Below are positions 48,804 through 57,284 of a stretch of DNA of 64,000 nucleotides, piece after piece (position 1 is the stretch's first letter; the number at the start of each line of letters is the position of its first letter). The notes beneath the pieces were generated by a model, which had not been told where the DNA came from, ran no database searches, and was given only the letters and a program-made list of their open reading frames with translations. A program made the position numbers and the translations under genes. Source of the DNA: Methanomassiliicoccales archaeon (GTDB taxonomy: Archaea > Thermoplasmatota > Thermoplasmata > RBG-16-68-12 > SOIM01); NCBI GenBank assembly GCA_030593885.1, contig JAUVGH010000001.1:40463-104462 (forward strand), read 5' to 3'.

Positions 48804-48996
48804 CGGAGGAGGAATCAGAAGATAGTTATAAAAAGTATTCTACCCCTCAAGAATCACCGAATTGCATGCGAATGTCAGATTATGGGAAAATAGTGTGCCA
48901 GACTTACGAAAATCGCCCCTGGGATTATGTGAAACGCCACGTAATTTCATTACAATTATATAGAACCGGTTTGCTAGAGTATAACGTCGTGTTACC

Positions 48997-49320
48997 ATGA
49001 CACAACCATGCGAGATTGACTCGCACAAAGTTCTCCCGACCATCAGGAGAGGTCTCACAAAGATATTGATGGAAGAAGCAGGGAAGAACCAGACAGAGGT
49101 CTCGGAGATTCTTGGGATAAGCCAAGCCGCGGTGAGTCATTATTTCAGTGACAAGCGAGGTGACGCAACCATCGTTGATCGACATCCCGACATCGAGAAG
49201 AAGATTCGGGCTCTGGGGGAGGATATGACCAACGGGATTTCCACCTCGGCCAGAATCGATAGAATGTGCGTCATCTGCAAGCAGCTCCGGGCCCATGTCC
49301 TAGACGAACAAGATCGTTAG
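48997..49320 (+). CDS. Small HTH (Cro/XRE-like) regulator with a C-terminal CxxC
   Basis: The HTH is NQTEVSEILGISQAAVSHYFSDKRG, and the C-terminal part contains MCVICKQL. It lies in the gap between the divergent nuoAB and nuoC-N genes. Confidence 0.65.
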   Translation: MTQPCEIDSHKVLPTIRRGLTKILMEEAGKNQTEVSEILGISQAAVSHYFSDKRGDATIVDRHPDIEKKIRALGEDMTNGISTSARIDRMCVICKQLRAHVLDEQDR

Positions 49321-49555
49321 TCCTAGCCGTGTTATCGGGGCCGTCCCGGCAATCCGGCATATTTCTTGGACTCTCTTACATTACTCTATGCATTGAGGTT
49401 TGGCGTCGATAGCCAGTCTTTAGATGTCGATAATCGGACACGAGGCATTATTACATCGACATATTCAGCATCCAAACTCCCCACGACAGACAAAATGAAC
49501 ATATATCAAAACGAATATCCATCGAACCTTTCCGAGCGGACAATCATCGGGGCTA

Positions 49556-50011
49556 GTGAGGATGAAGGGGACTGAAGTTGCGGGAGCGCTCAGGGAACAT
49601 TTCGGAGACCTGGTCAGCGACATCGTGTTCCCAAGAGAGGATCTTGTCAGGGTCTCGGTCCCCAGGGATTCCATCTTTCCGTTCTGTAAGTTCTTGAGGG
49701 ACGAGCTTCACTGCGAACACCTCAATCTTGTGTCCGCTCTTGACTGGCCCGAGAATTTTGAGTGCGTCTACCACCTCACATCATATCTCGAGGAATACAT
49801 GGTCGAGCTGCACGTCAAGGTCCCCAAGGATGACCCCAAGATCGCTTCCCTGAGCGAAATCTGGAGAGCGGCCGACTTCCCCGAGAGAGAGGCCTACGAC
49901 ATGATGGGCATCACATTCGAAGGTCATCCAGATCTCAGGCGCATTCTACTGCCAGATGATGTTGACTATTATCCGTTGAGAAAGGACTTCGAGGGTCAAT
50001 CCGATGAGTGA
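49556..50011 (+). CDS. nuoC: Nuo/Fpo-like complex subunit C
   Basis: ..IWRAADFPEREAYDMMGITFEGHPDLRRILLPDD.. Start at GTG 49556 or ATG 49562. Confidence 0.88.
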   Translation: MRMKGTEVAGALREHFGDLVSDIVFPREDLVRVSVPRDSIFPFCKFLRDELHCEHLNLVSALDWPENFECVYHLTSYLEEYMVELHVKVPKDDPKIASLSEIWRAADFPEREAYDMMGITFEGHPDLRRILLPDDVDYYPLRKDFEGQSDE

Positions 50012-51083
50012 TATGTGGATAAATATGGGTCCGCAACATCCCATGAACCATGGGCTCTGGAACCTGAAGGTGCGTGTGGATGGTGAGATCGTGGTTGAAT
50101 CCATACCCGTTCTGGGATACTTGCACAGAGGTGTGGAGAAGCTGTGCGAGAAGAGGGACTACAACCAGATAATCCCGCTGATGGACAGGCTCTGCTACGT
50201 TTCTTCCTTAACTTGGTCACATGCTTACTGCATCTCCGCCGAGGAGATGATGGGGCTCGAGATTCCAGATAGGGCGAAGTATCTCAGGGTCATAGCACTG
50301 GAACTCCAGAGGGTCGCTTCCCACCTCATGTGGCTGGCGGCCTTCGCCCCGGACCTGGGTATGTTCTCGGCATACCTGTACTCGATGAGGGAGAGGGAGC
50401 ACTTCCTTGATATGCTTCAATGGCTGACCGGCGCAAGGATGAATCAGAACTACCCCCGGATCGGCGGTGTCAGGAACGACATGCCCGCTGGGTTCCCGGA
50501 CAGGTGCATCAAGGAACTGGACTACTTCGAGAAGAAGCTGGAGCAGTACAAGCAGCTGTTTGACGATAACAAGCTCTTCCGGATGAGGACGGAGGGAGTG
50601 GGTGTCCTGAGCAAGAAGGACGCTTTGGACCTTGGCGTTACCGGACCCGCCCTGAGGGGGAGCAACTGCCCGATCGACATGAGGACGCACGACCCCTACG
50701 AGGTATACGGCGAGCTGGACTGGGAGGTTCAGGTGGGGAAGGGAGGTGACGTCTTCTCGCGCTATGCCGTGAGAATGGGAGAGATGAGGGAGAGCTGCAG
50801 GATAATTCGTGACGCCCTCAAGAAGATCCCCGATGGCCCGGTGAGGGTCAAGGCTCCCTTGAGACCAACTGGACAAGGCTTCAGAAGGACCGAGGACTCC
50901 CGGGGAGAGGCGCTGATATACGTCGTCGGTCAAGGCGAGGAGTCCCCGTACAGGCTGAAGATCAGAAGCCCCATATTCGCCATCATGAGGGCGTTGCCAG
51001 TAATGTTGAAAGGCACCTCGATTGCCGACCTGCTCGCGATAATGGGAAGCGTGGATATTTGCATAGGAGACACTGACAAATGA
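50004..51083 (+). CDS. nuoD: Nuo/Fpo-like complex subunit D
   Basis: MGPQHPMNHGLWNLKVRVDGEIV.., ..GYLHRGVEKL.., C-terminus ..MGSVDICIGDTDK. Overlaps nuoC by 8 nt. Confidence 0.9.
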   Translation: MSDMWINMGPQHPMNHGLWNLKVRVDGEIVVESIPVLGYLHRGVEKLCEKRDYNQIIPLMDRLCYVSSLTWSHAYCISAEEMMGLEIPDRAKYLRVIALELQRVASHLMWLAAFAPDLGMFSAYLYSMREREHFLDMLQWLTGARMNQNYPRIGGVRNDMPAGFPDRCIKELDYFEKKLEQYKQLFDDNKLFRMRTEGVGVLSKKDALDLGVTGPALRGSNCPIDMRTHDPYEVYGELDWEVQVGKGGDVFSRYAVRMGEMRESCRIIRDALKKIPDGPVRVKAPLRPTGQGFRRTEDSRGEALIYVVGQGEESPYRLKIRSPIFAIMRALPVMLKGTSIADLLAIMGSVDICIGDTDK

Positions 51084-52222
51084 GCTCGTGGATAAACCTG
51101 TACAACATCAGCTACGCGATCGGCGAGTTCCTGATGGGTATAGTAGCAGCCATCCTCAACTTCTTCGGTCAGTGGATCGGTCCTCTTTCTGATTTCGCCG
51201 ACTGGCTGATGTCTGTCAACGTGCTGAACCTTGTTGCCATACTCATTGGTGGAGTGGTGGTGATGGTCTTTGTTTCCATAATCAACCTCTTCATCATCAT
51301 GTGGATCGAGAGGAAGATGTACGGCAGGATCCACGACCGCCGTGGCATCATGCTTCCAGGACCGTGGAAGAAGACCCACAAGGGCACCGGATTCCTGCAG
51401 AACCTGGCCGACGGTATGAAGCTCATTCAGAAAGAGCTGATCGTCCCGAAGAACGCGGACAAGTGGATGTACGACATTGCACCGGCCATAATCGCCACCA
51501 CCTCGATACTGGCCTTCGTTGCCATTCCTTTCAGCGAGACGTTCTATGTCGCCAACATCAACGGCGGTCTCATATTCATTCTGGCAATATTGGCCATCGC
51601 ACCCTTCGCGGTCGTGCTGGCTGGCTGGTCCAGTAATAACAAGTTCACTCTGATTGGCGGATTGCGCGGTGCGGCATTGATGTTGAGCTACGAGATCCCG
51701 CTGATTCTGTCCGTCATCGGCGTCATACTCCTTTCCGGCTCTCTGAATCCCATTGAGATAGTGCAGGCCCAGCAGCAGACATCGGTCCTTGGCGTTGAGA
51801 ACTGGTACATCATTCCCCTGTTCCCTGCCGTTATCGTGTTCATGGTGGCTCTGTTCGCGGAGCTTGAAAGGCTGCCCTTCGACCTCCCCGAGGCTGAGGC
51901 CGAGCTCGTTGAGGGCTGGCTCACCGAATACTCAGGGATGAGGTTCGGACTGGTTTTTGTGTCCAAGTGGGTTAGGACATACGCGGGGGCGGCATTGATT
52001 ACGATATTATTCTTAGGTGGCTGGTCCGGCCCTGTGTTGCCAGGAGAGCTGTGGTTCATCATCAAATCCTACATCGTCTTCGTCATCATCGTTTGGGCGA
52101 CCTGGTCCTTCCCGAGGTCACGTATCGATCAGATCGTGAGGATCGGCTGGAACTGGTTGATCCCCATCGCCATAATCTCTATTGTGATCGCGGCTGCTTT
52201 CAAATGGGTGGGGTGGTTCTGA
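51080..52222 (+). CDS. nuoH: Nuo/Fpo-like complex subunit H
   Basis: ..ERLPFDLPEAEAELVEGWLTEYSGMRFGLVF..LFLGGW.. ATGA overlap with nuoD. Confidence 0.9.
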   Translation: MSSWINLYNISYAIGEFLMGIVAAILNFFGQWIGPLSDFADWLMSVNVLNLVAILIGGVVVMVFVSIINLFIIMWIERKMYGRIHDRRGIMLPGPWKKTHKGTGFLQNLADGMKLIQKELIVPKNADKWMYDIAPAIIATTSILAFVAIPFSETFYVANINGGLIFILAILAIAPFAVVLAGWSSNNKFTLIGGLRGAALMLSYEIPLILSVIGVILLSGSLNPIEIVQAQQQTSVLGVENWYIIPLFPAVIVFMVALFAELERLPFDLPEAEAELVEGWLTEYSGMRFGLVFVSKWVRTYAGAALITILFLGGWSGPVLPGELWFIIKSYIVFVIIVWATWSFPRSRIDQIVRIGWNWLIPIAIISIVIAAAFKWVGWF

Positions 52223-52929
52223 TGGCCAAGAAGAAGAGAGGTTTCAAGGGATGGATCATCCAGCCCATGAGGTTCACAGCACGTGAGTTGCGTGGTGCCC
52301 TGCTCAAACCGTCCACCATCCTCTATCCCCTTGAGAAGGAGAGGGACAAATGGGAAGCTCTGCGGGAGAACTTCCGCGGTCATCACGAGATCGATTGGCT
52401 GAAATGCATCGGCTGCAGGCTGTGTTCCAGGGTGTGCCCCAACCAGTGCATCACTATGGAGGACATCGAGGTCGACGAGAAGTACAAGGGACCACGCCGA
52501 TCCCACATGTCGGAAAGAAAGAAGATCATTCACCGACCCGGCGTGGACATTGGAAGATGCCTATTCTGCGGGAACTGCGGCGAGTACTGCCCCACCGATG
52601 CCTGGACCCAGACCATATTGGTCGAACTCACAACTTTCGAGAGGGAAGCATTGGTCTATTCCGCCGAGCAGGTCAAGACCGAAGGAGAACCCAGCAAGAA
52701 GCTCGTAAACAAGATACTGGAGAATCCCAAGCTGGATGTGGAGACCTGCATCGGATGCAAGCGTTGCTTCAACGAGTGTCCTACCCAGTGCATTACCATG
52801 ATCCCAGGGCCCAAGATGAGGAAGGACAAGCCGATCGAGATCCCGGAATTCGACTACTCGAAGTGCATCGGATGCAGCACATGTTGCGATGTCTGCAAGC
52901 CTGAATCGCTGACAATGGAGGAGATCTGA
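52222..52929 (+). CDS. nuoI: Nuo/Fpo-like complex subunit I, extended form with four [4Fe-4S]-type motifs
   Basis: ATG 52222 overlaps the nuoH TGA by 1 nt (TGATG) and gives MAKKKRGFKG.. Motifs: CIGCRLCSRVCP, CLFCGNCGEYCP, CIGCKRCFNECP, CIGCSTCCDVCKP. Confidence 0.88.
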   Translation: MAKKKRGFKGWIIQPMRFTARELRGALLKPSTILYPLEKERDKWEALRENFRGHHEIDWLKCIGCRLCSRVCPNQCITMEDIEVDEKYKGPRRSHMSERKKIIHRPGVDIGRCLFCGNCGEYCPTDAWTQTILVELTTFEREALVYSAEQVKTEGEPSKKLVNKILENPKLDVETCIGCKRCFNECPTQCITMIPGPKMRKDKPIEIPEFDYSKCIGCSTCCDVCKPESLTMEEI

Positions 52930-53202
52930 ATGGTTGAATGGGACCTTGTGATGTTCATTACGCTTTCCGTCGTTGAGATTGTCGCCAGCATCTTGGTCGT
53001 CACATCAAAGAAGCTCGTTCACAGCGCATTCTGGCTGGCTATTACCCTGATCACCATGGGTGGAATCTACATACTTCTGCGGTCCGAGTTCGTGGCCGTT
53101 GTCCAGATCCTTGTTTATGCGGGTGCGGTGCCCGTGCTGTTCGTCTTCGGCATCGTTCTCACTAGAAGGCGAATCATGGAGGAGCCAGATGAAGGAGAAT
53201 AG
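52930..53202 (+). CDS. nuoJ: Nuo/Fpo-like complex subunit J, N-terminal part (split J)
   Basis: 90 aa with 3 TM segments (..AVVQILVYAGAVPVLFVFGI..). A stop at 53200-53202 separates it from the following part. Confidence 0.8.
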   Translation: MVEWDLVMFITLSVVEIVASILVVTSKKLVHSAFWLAITLITMGGIYILLRSEFVAVVQILVYAGAVPVLFVFGIVLTRRRIMEEPDEGE

Positions 53203-53437
53203 TGAGGCAACGTTGGTCATAGTGGTGACGGCCGCCGTCCTTCTAGGCTACATGATGGCTTTGTCCCTGATCTCTTCAGAAGCATGGGAGACGACCGATA
53301 TCAACGAGGTCCCTATGGAAGATGTGGCCCACTCCCTGTTTGACGATTACTCGTTCGCTTTGGTCATCCTCGGTATGCTGCTGTCCGCTTCTGTGCTGGG
53401 CGGCATCTACCTGGCGAGGAAGGAGGTGAAGGATTGA
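53189..53437 (+). CDS. nuoJ: Nuo/Fpo-like complex subunit J, C-terminal part (split J)
   Basis: ATG 53189 gives MKENSEATLVIVVTAAVLLGYMM..FALVILGMLLSASVLGGIYLARKE. It overlaps the first J part by 14 nt. As I recall, the Methanosarcina fpo operon is written fpoABCDHIJJKLMNO, i.e. with J in two genes. Confidence 0.75.
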   Translation: MKENSEATLVIVVTAAVLLGYMMALSLISSEAWETTDINEVPMEDVAHSLFDDYSFALVILGMLLSASVLGGIYLARKEVKD

Positions 53438-53745
53438 TAGCCCTCGAATATGAGCTGGTCCTTTCGGCCGTCCTGTTCGCCATTGGCATCTACGGCATCC
53501 TGAGGAGGAAGAACGCCATCGTCGTGCTGATGTCCGTGGAGATAATCCTGAACGCAGCCGTGATGAACTTCGTGGCATTCTCGTCCTACGCCGAGAACGG
53601 TGGGAATGCTGCCGGCCAGGTCTTCGCCCTGTTCGCCATTGCGGTTGCCGCTGCTGAGGCGGCTATAGGACTTGCGATGTTCATCGTCTTCTACCGGACG
53701 TTCAACACGATCGATCTGGACAAAGGGAAGATGCTGAGGTGGTAA
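53434..53745 (+). CDS. nuoK: Nuo/Fpo-like complex subunit K
   Basis: TTG start. ..LFAIGIYGILRRKNAIVVLMSVEIILNA..AAAEAAIGLA.. Confidence 0.88.
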   Translation: MIALEYELVLSAVLFAIGIYGILRRKNAIVVLMSVEIILNAAVMNFVAFSSYAENGGNAAGQVFALFAIAVAAAEAAIGLAMFIVFYRTFNTIDLDKGKMLRW

Positions 53746-53785
53746 TCTGTACGAGTATGCTTGGCTGATCATCATCTCGCCCCTG

Positions 53786-55753
53786 GTGGCGTTCCTCTTA
53801 TCCATACTGTTCGGCAAGAAGGTGTGGGAGGGTGGTGCGCCTTTCACCATTGGTGCTATCGGGTTCTCGTTTGTCGTTTCCCTTTATCTGTTCATCGACG
53901 TCCTGGGTCAGGGTGCTTTGGGCGGCGGAGTGCAAGTAGAGATCATCGCGTTCGAGTGGATACCCGGCATCGAGATCGGACTGCTGATAGACAACCTCAG
54001 CGCATTATTGCTCCTGCTGGTCTCTTTCCTGTGTCTTCTGATAGCCATCTATTCGGCGGGTTACATGCACGATGAGGATGGGAAGCCCCGCTACTATGCC
54101 GAGATAGCCCTCTTCACCGCTGGAATGCTTGGAACCGTCAGCGCTAACAACTTCTTCCAGCTGCTGATCTTCTGGGAGGTAATGGGCGTCTGTTCATACC
54201 TTCTCATCGGATTCTGGTACAAGAAGCCCGAGGCGGCCAGTGCCGCGAAGAAGGCGTTTCTGGTCACCAGGATCGGGGACATCCTGTTCTTGATTGGCAT
54301 CATCGTTCTCTTCGTCACGTTCAACACATTCAACATACTGGAGATCCAGGAGAGCGCAGATCAGATACCCGTTCACTTGGTTGCGATTGTGCCTTTGCTG
54401 CTGTTTGGCGGGGCCGTCGGCAAATCCGCTCAGTTCCCGTTACACGTATGGCTGCCGGATGCCATGGAAGGTCCCACTACGGTGAGTGCTCTCATTCACG
54501 CAGCGACGATGGTCAAGGCCGGGGTCTACCTCACAGCTCGCAGCTTCCCTCTGATCGCTAATTCGCCAGATGCTACATTAGTTGTTGCCGTCATCGGCGG
54601 CTTCACGGCCTTCTTTGCCGCCACCATGGCCCTGGTTGCGATGGACATCAAACGGGTTCTTGCATATTCCACCATCAGCCAGATAGGCTACATGATGCTC
54701 GGATTAGGCGCGGGTGCGTACCTGTACCACCACGGACATGAGGCTCTGGGCTACACCTTTGCCATCTTCCACCTGGTAAATCATGCATTCTTCAAGGCCT
54801 TATTGTTCCTGGGTAGCGGTAGCGTTATTCACTCGGTCGGCACCAACGACATGCGGCAAATGGGAGGCCTTCACAAACACATGAAGATAACCTCGTTCAC
54901 AATGCTCATAGGTGCTCTCTCCATCGCCGGCATTCCACCATTAAGCGGGTTCTGGAGCAAGGATGGTATTCTTGAAGTCGCATTCGAAGCAGGAATGAAT
55001 GACCCCTCCTTCCTCATCATCTGGATACTCGGCATCATCACCGCGTTCATGACCGCATTCTACATGTTCAGGCTGTGGTTCTTCACCTTCACTGGAGAGA
55101 AAAGATCGCCCGGCGAGCCTCACAAATCCCCCAAATCCATGACAATTCCGCTGATTATCCTCGCTGCGTTCGCACTCATATCCGGGATCCTCACCTTCTT
55201 CATGGACGGGTTCGGTCAGCTGGTTTTCTTTGAGCAGGCGCATGGACACGCCGTGGAGGAGATCATCCACGTGTTCACCAATCCGTTGACCTTCCTCTCC
55301 ATCGGCATGGCCGGTCTGGGTATCGGGCTTGCATACTTGATTTACAGTAAGCGAAGCATCTCGTCAAACGTTTTCGTCTCATCCAAGGGAACGAAGGCCA
55401 TCCACAACATGCTCGTGAAGAGATACGGAATGGACTGGGCCTACAGGATGTTCGGACTGAAGATCGCCTATGGGTTCGCCAAGGTCGCGGACTTCTTCGA
55501 CCGAAAGGTCATCGACGGTGTTGTGAACGGAACCGCCAAAGGCGGTTTGCTTGTGGGCAAGGCTAGCGGGTTCTTCGACCAGAAGGGGATAGACGGCGCA
55601 GTCAACGGAATCAGTCGTGGGATCGTGGGAGGCGGCAGAAGTCTCAGGAGGAGCCAAACCGGGAACATACAGGGTTACCTGGCGGCTGTCGTGCTCGGCA
55701 TATGCTTCGTGATCGCCTTCGCCTGGATCTACATCAAGATTACGGGAGGATAG
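53786..55753 (+). CDS. nuoL: Nuo/Fpo-like complex subunit L (antiporter-like, with a duplicated C-terminal repeat)
   Basis: LLIFWEVMGVCSYLLIGFW, HAATMVKAGVYL, and a C-terminal amphipathic region followed by the last TM. The first canonical start is GTG 53786, but the open frame continues upstream with NuoL-like sequence (YEYAWLIIISPL), so the true start may be non-canonical near 53747. Confidence 0.88.
   Translation: MAFLLSILFGKKVWEGGAPFTIGAIGFSFVVSLYLFIDVLGQGALGGGVQVEIIAFEWIPGIEIGLLIDNLSALLLLLVSFLCLLIAIYSAGYMHDEDGKPRYYAEIALFTAGMLGTVSANNFFQLLIFWEVMGVCSYLLIGFWYKKPEAASAAKKAFLVTRIGDILFLIGIIVLFVTFNTFNILEIQESADQIPVHLVAIVPLLLFGGAVGKSAQFPLHVWLPDAMEGPTTVSALIHAATMVKAGVYLTARSFPLIANSPDATLVVAVIGGFTAFFAATMALVAMDIKRVLAYSTISQIGYMMLGLGAGAYLYHHGHEALGYTFAIFHLVNHAFFKALLFLGSGSVIHSVGTNDMRQMGGLHKHMKITSFTMLIGALSIAGIPPLSGFWSKDGILEVAFEAGMNDPSFLIIWILGIITAFMTAFYMFRLWFFTFTGEKRSPGEPHKSPKSMTIPLIILAAFALISGILTFFMDGFGQLVFFEQAHGHAVEEIIHVFTNPLTFLSIGMAGLGIGLAYLIYSKRSISSNVFVSSKGTKAIHNMLVKRYGMDWAYRMFGLKIAYGFAKVADFFDRKVIDGVVNGTAKGGLLVGKASGFFDQKGIDGAVNGISRGIVGGGRSLRRSQTGNIQGYLAAVVLGICFVIAFAWIYIKITGG
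55493..55648 (+). repeat. In-frame tandem duplication (2 x 78 nt = 2 x 26 codons) in the C-terminal region of nuoL
   Basis: Copy 1 (55493-55570) encodes FFDRKVIDGVVNGTAKGGLLVGKASG. Copy 2 (55571-55648) encodes FFDQKGIDGAVNGISRGIVGGGRSLR. Both begin with the identical ttcttcgacc. Confidence 0.8.
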
Positions 55754-55754
55754 A

Positions 55755-57281
55755 ATGGACGTGCCTTTGCTTTCCCTGATGTTGGTCATCCCACTGGTCG
55801 GGACGGTTATCACATTCCTTCTCCCCAGGGACAGCACCAAGGCGAAGTGGATATGTCTCATCGCATCGCTGGCTAACCTCATCGTCTCGTTCATTCTGGT
55901 CTTTGCTTATGTCTGGGAGGTACCCTTTGCTCTCGTCGGAGATCCTGTCACTGGCAGTTTCAAGGCGTATGAGAACGCTGACTGGGTGCCAACTCTGGGC
56001 ATGAGCTACACCCTGGGCGTTGACGGGCTTTCTATTCCACTTATCCTGCTCACTCATCTTCTGGTGGCTTTGGGGATAGTCTTCTCATGGAAGGAAGGGA
56101 AGAGGACCAAGGAGTTCTTCGCTCTGTTGCTCCTGATGGACCTGGCGATCACCGGAGTCTTCGTCTCGCTGGACCTTTTCCTCTTCTTCATCTTCTGGGA
56201 GTTTGTGCTGATACCCATGTACTTCCTCATCGGGATATGGGGGGGCCCGAACAAACACTATGCCGCGATCAAGTTCCTCATCTACACCCACGTGGGCAGC
56301 ATCATAATGTTGCTGGGAATATTCGCCTTGTACTTCACAGCGTCCCCCGCCCTCACTGGTGGGAACACCTTCAACCTGATCGTGCTCGCCAACGAGGCCG
56401 GGCAGGACCCGACATATCTGGGCGCTGCATTCCAAATGCCGGTCTTCATTGCCATGTTCTTCGGATTCGGGGTCAAGATGCCCATGGTGCCGTTCCACAC
56501 CTGGCTCCCTGATGCTCACGTCGAGGCCCCGACCGCTGGTTCGGTCATACTTGCCGGCCTGCTGCTGAAGATGGGCGGTTACGGGTTGTTCCGAGTTGGA
56601 TTGACCATGTTCCCGTTAGCTGCCGTTGAACTGTGGTGGGTCCTCGCTTCGTTCGGGATCGTGAGCATGGTGTACGCCGCGTTCGTGTGTTTAGCTCAGA
56701 CGGACCTGAAGAGATTGATAGCATATTCCAGCGTGAGCCATATGGGATTCGTTCTGCTGGGGGCCGCCAGCCTTTCGACCATCGGTATCATGGGCGGCAT
56801 ATACCAGATGTTCACCCATGGGCTGATAACCGCAGTGTTGTTCATGTTGGCCGGGGTCGCCAAAAGGGCCTGTCACACGAGGGAAATACCAAAGCTCACA
56901 GGTCTCATCAATAAGATGCCCAAGTTCTCCCTGATACTCATGCTGGGCTTCTTCGCCTCCTTAGGACTTCCGGGGCTGGCATCCTTCGTCAGCGAGTTCA
57001 TGGTCTTCGTGGGGGCGTTCGGGACCTTCGGGAAGTATCTCATCATTCCCTTGCTGGCCATCATCATTACGGGGGCTTACTACATCTGGACGATGCACAA
57101 GGTCTTATTCGGGAAGTTCAACGAATCCTTAGGTAAGGTGAGGGACCTGACCAGGTATGAACTGATTCCTCTTGCCATACTCATCTTCTTCATCATATTC
57201 TTCGGATTGTACCCGGCTCCGGTGGTGCAGTTCATCGAACCTTATGCCGAGGGGCTGTCAACATTATTGGGAGGTATCTGA
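55755..57281 (+). CDS. nuoM: Nuo/Fpo-like complex subunit M, copy 1
   Basis: FFIFWEFVLIPMYFLIGIWGGPNKHYAAIKF, HTWLPDAHVEAPTAGSVILAGLLLKMGGYGL. Confidence 0.9.
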   Translation: MDVPLLSLMLVIPLVGTVITFLLPRDSTKAKWICLIASLANLIVSFILVFAYVWEVPFALVGDPVTGSFKAYENADWVPTLGMSYTLGVDGLSIPLILLTHLLVALGIVFSWKEGKRTKEFFALLLLMDLAITGVFVSLDLFLFFIFWEFVLIPMYFLIGIWGGPNKHYAAIKFLIYTHVGSIIMLLGIFALYFTASPALTGGNTFNLIVLANEAGQDPTYLGAAFQMPVFIAMFFGFGVKMPMVPFHTWLPDAHVEAPTAGSVILAGLLLKMGGYGLFRVGLTMFPLAAVELWWVLASFGIVSMVYAAFVCLAQTDLKRLIAYSSVSHMGFVLLGAASLSTIGIMGGIYQMFTHGLITAVLFMLAGVAKRACHTREIPKLTGLINKMPKFSLILMLGFFASLGLPGLASFVSEFMVFVGAFGTFGKYLIIPLLAIIITGAYYIWTMHKVLFGKFNESLGKVRDLTRYELIPLAILIFFIIFFGLYPAPVVQFIEPYAEGLSTLLGGI

Positions 57282-57284
57282 TAA

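Noticed and set aside
49366-49575. 69-aa ORF in the gap upstream of nuoC (also 48840-49058 and 48925-49296 on the minus strand)
   Set aside because: There are no motifs, the composition is poor, and the ORFs overlap the better-supported HTH gene or the nuoC start. I also looked for a structured RNA in 49321-49555 but saw only short, weak hairpins.
50217-50933. 238-aa minus-strand ORF within nuoD (similar cases: 45632-46294 in the MFS gene and 46858-47643, an alternate frame of the MATE gene)
   Set aside because: These overlap well-supported genes in antisense or alternate frames, and their products lack motifs and look like GC-rich frame artefacts.
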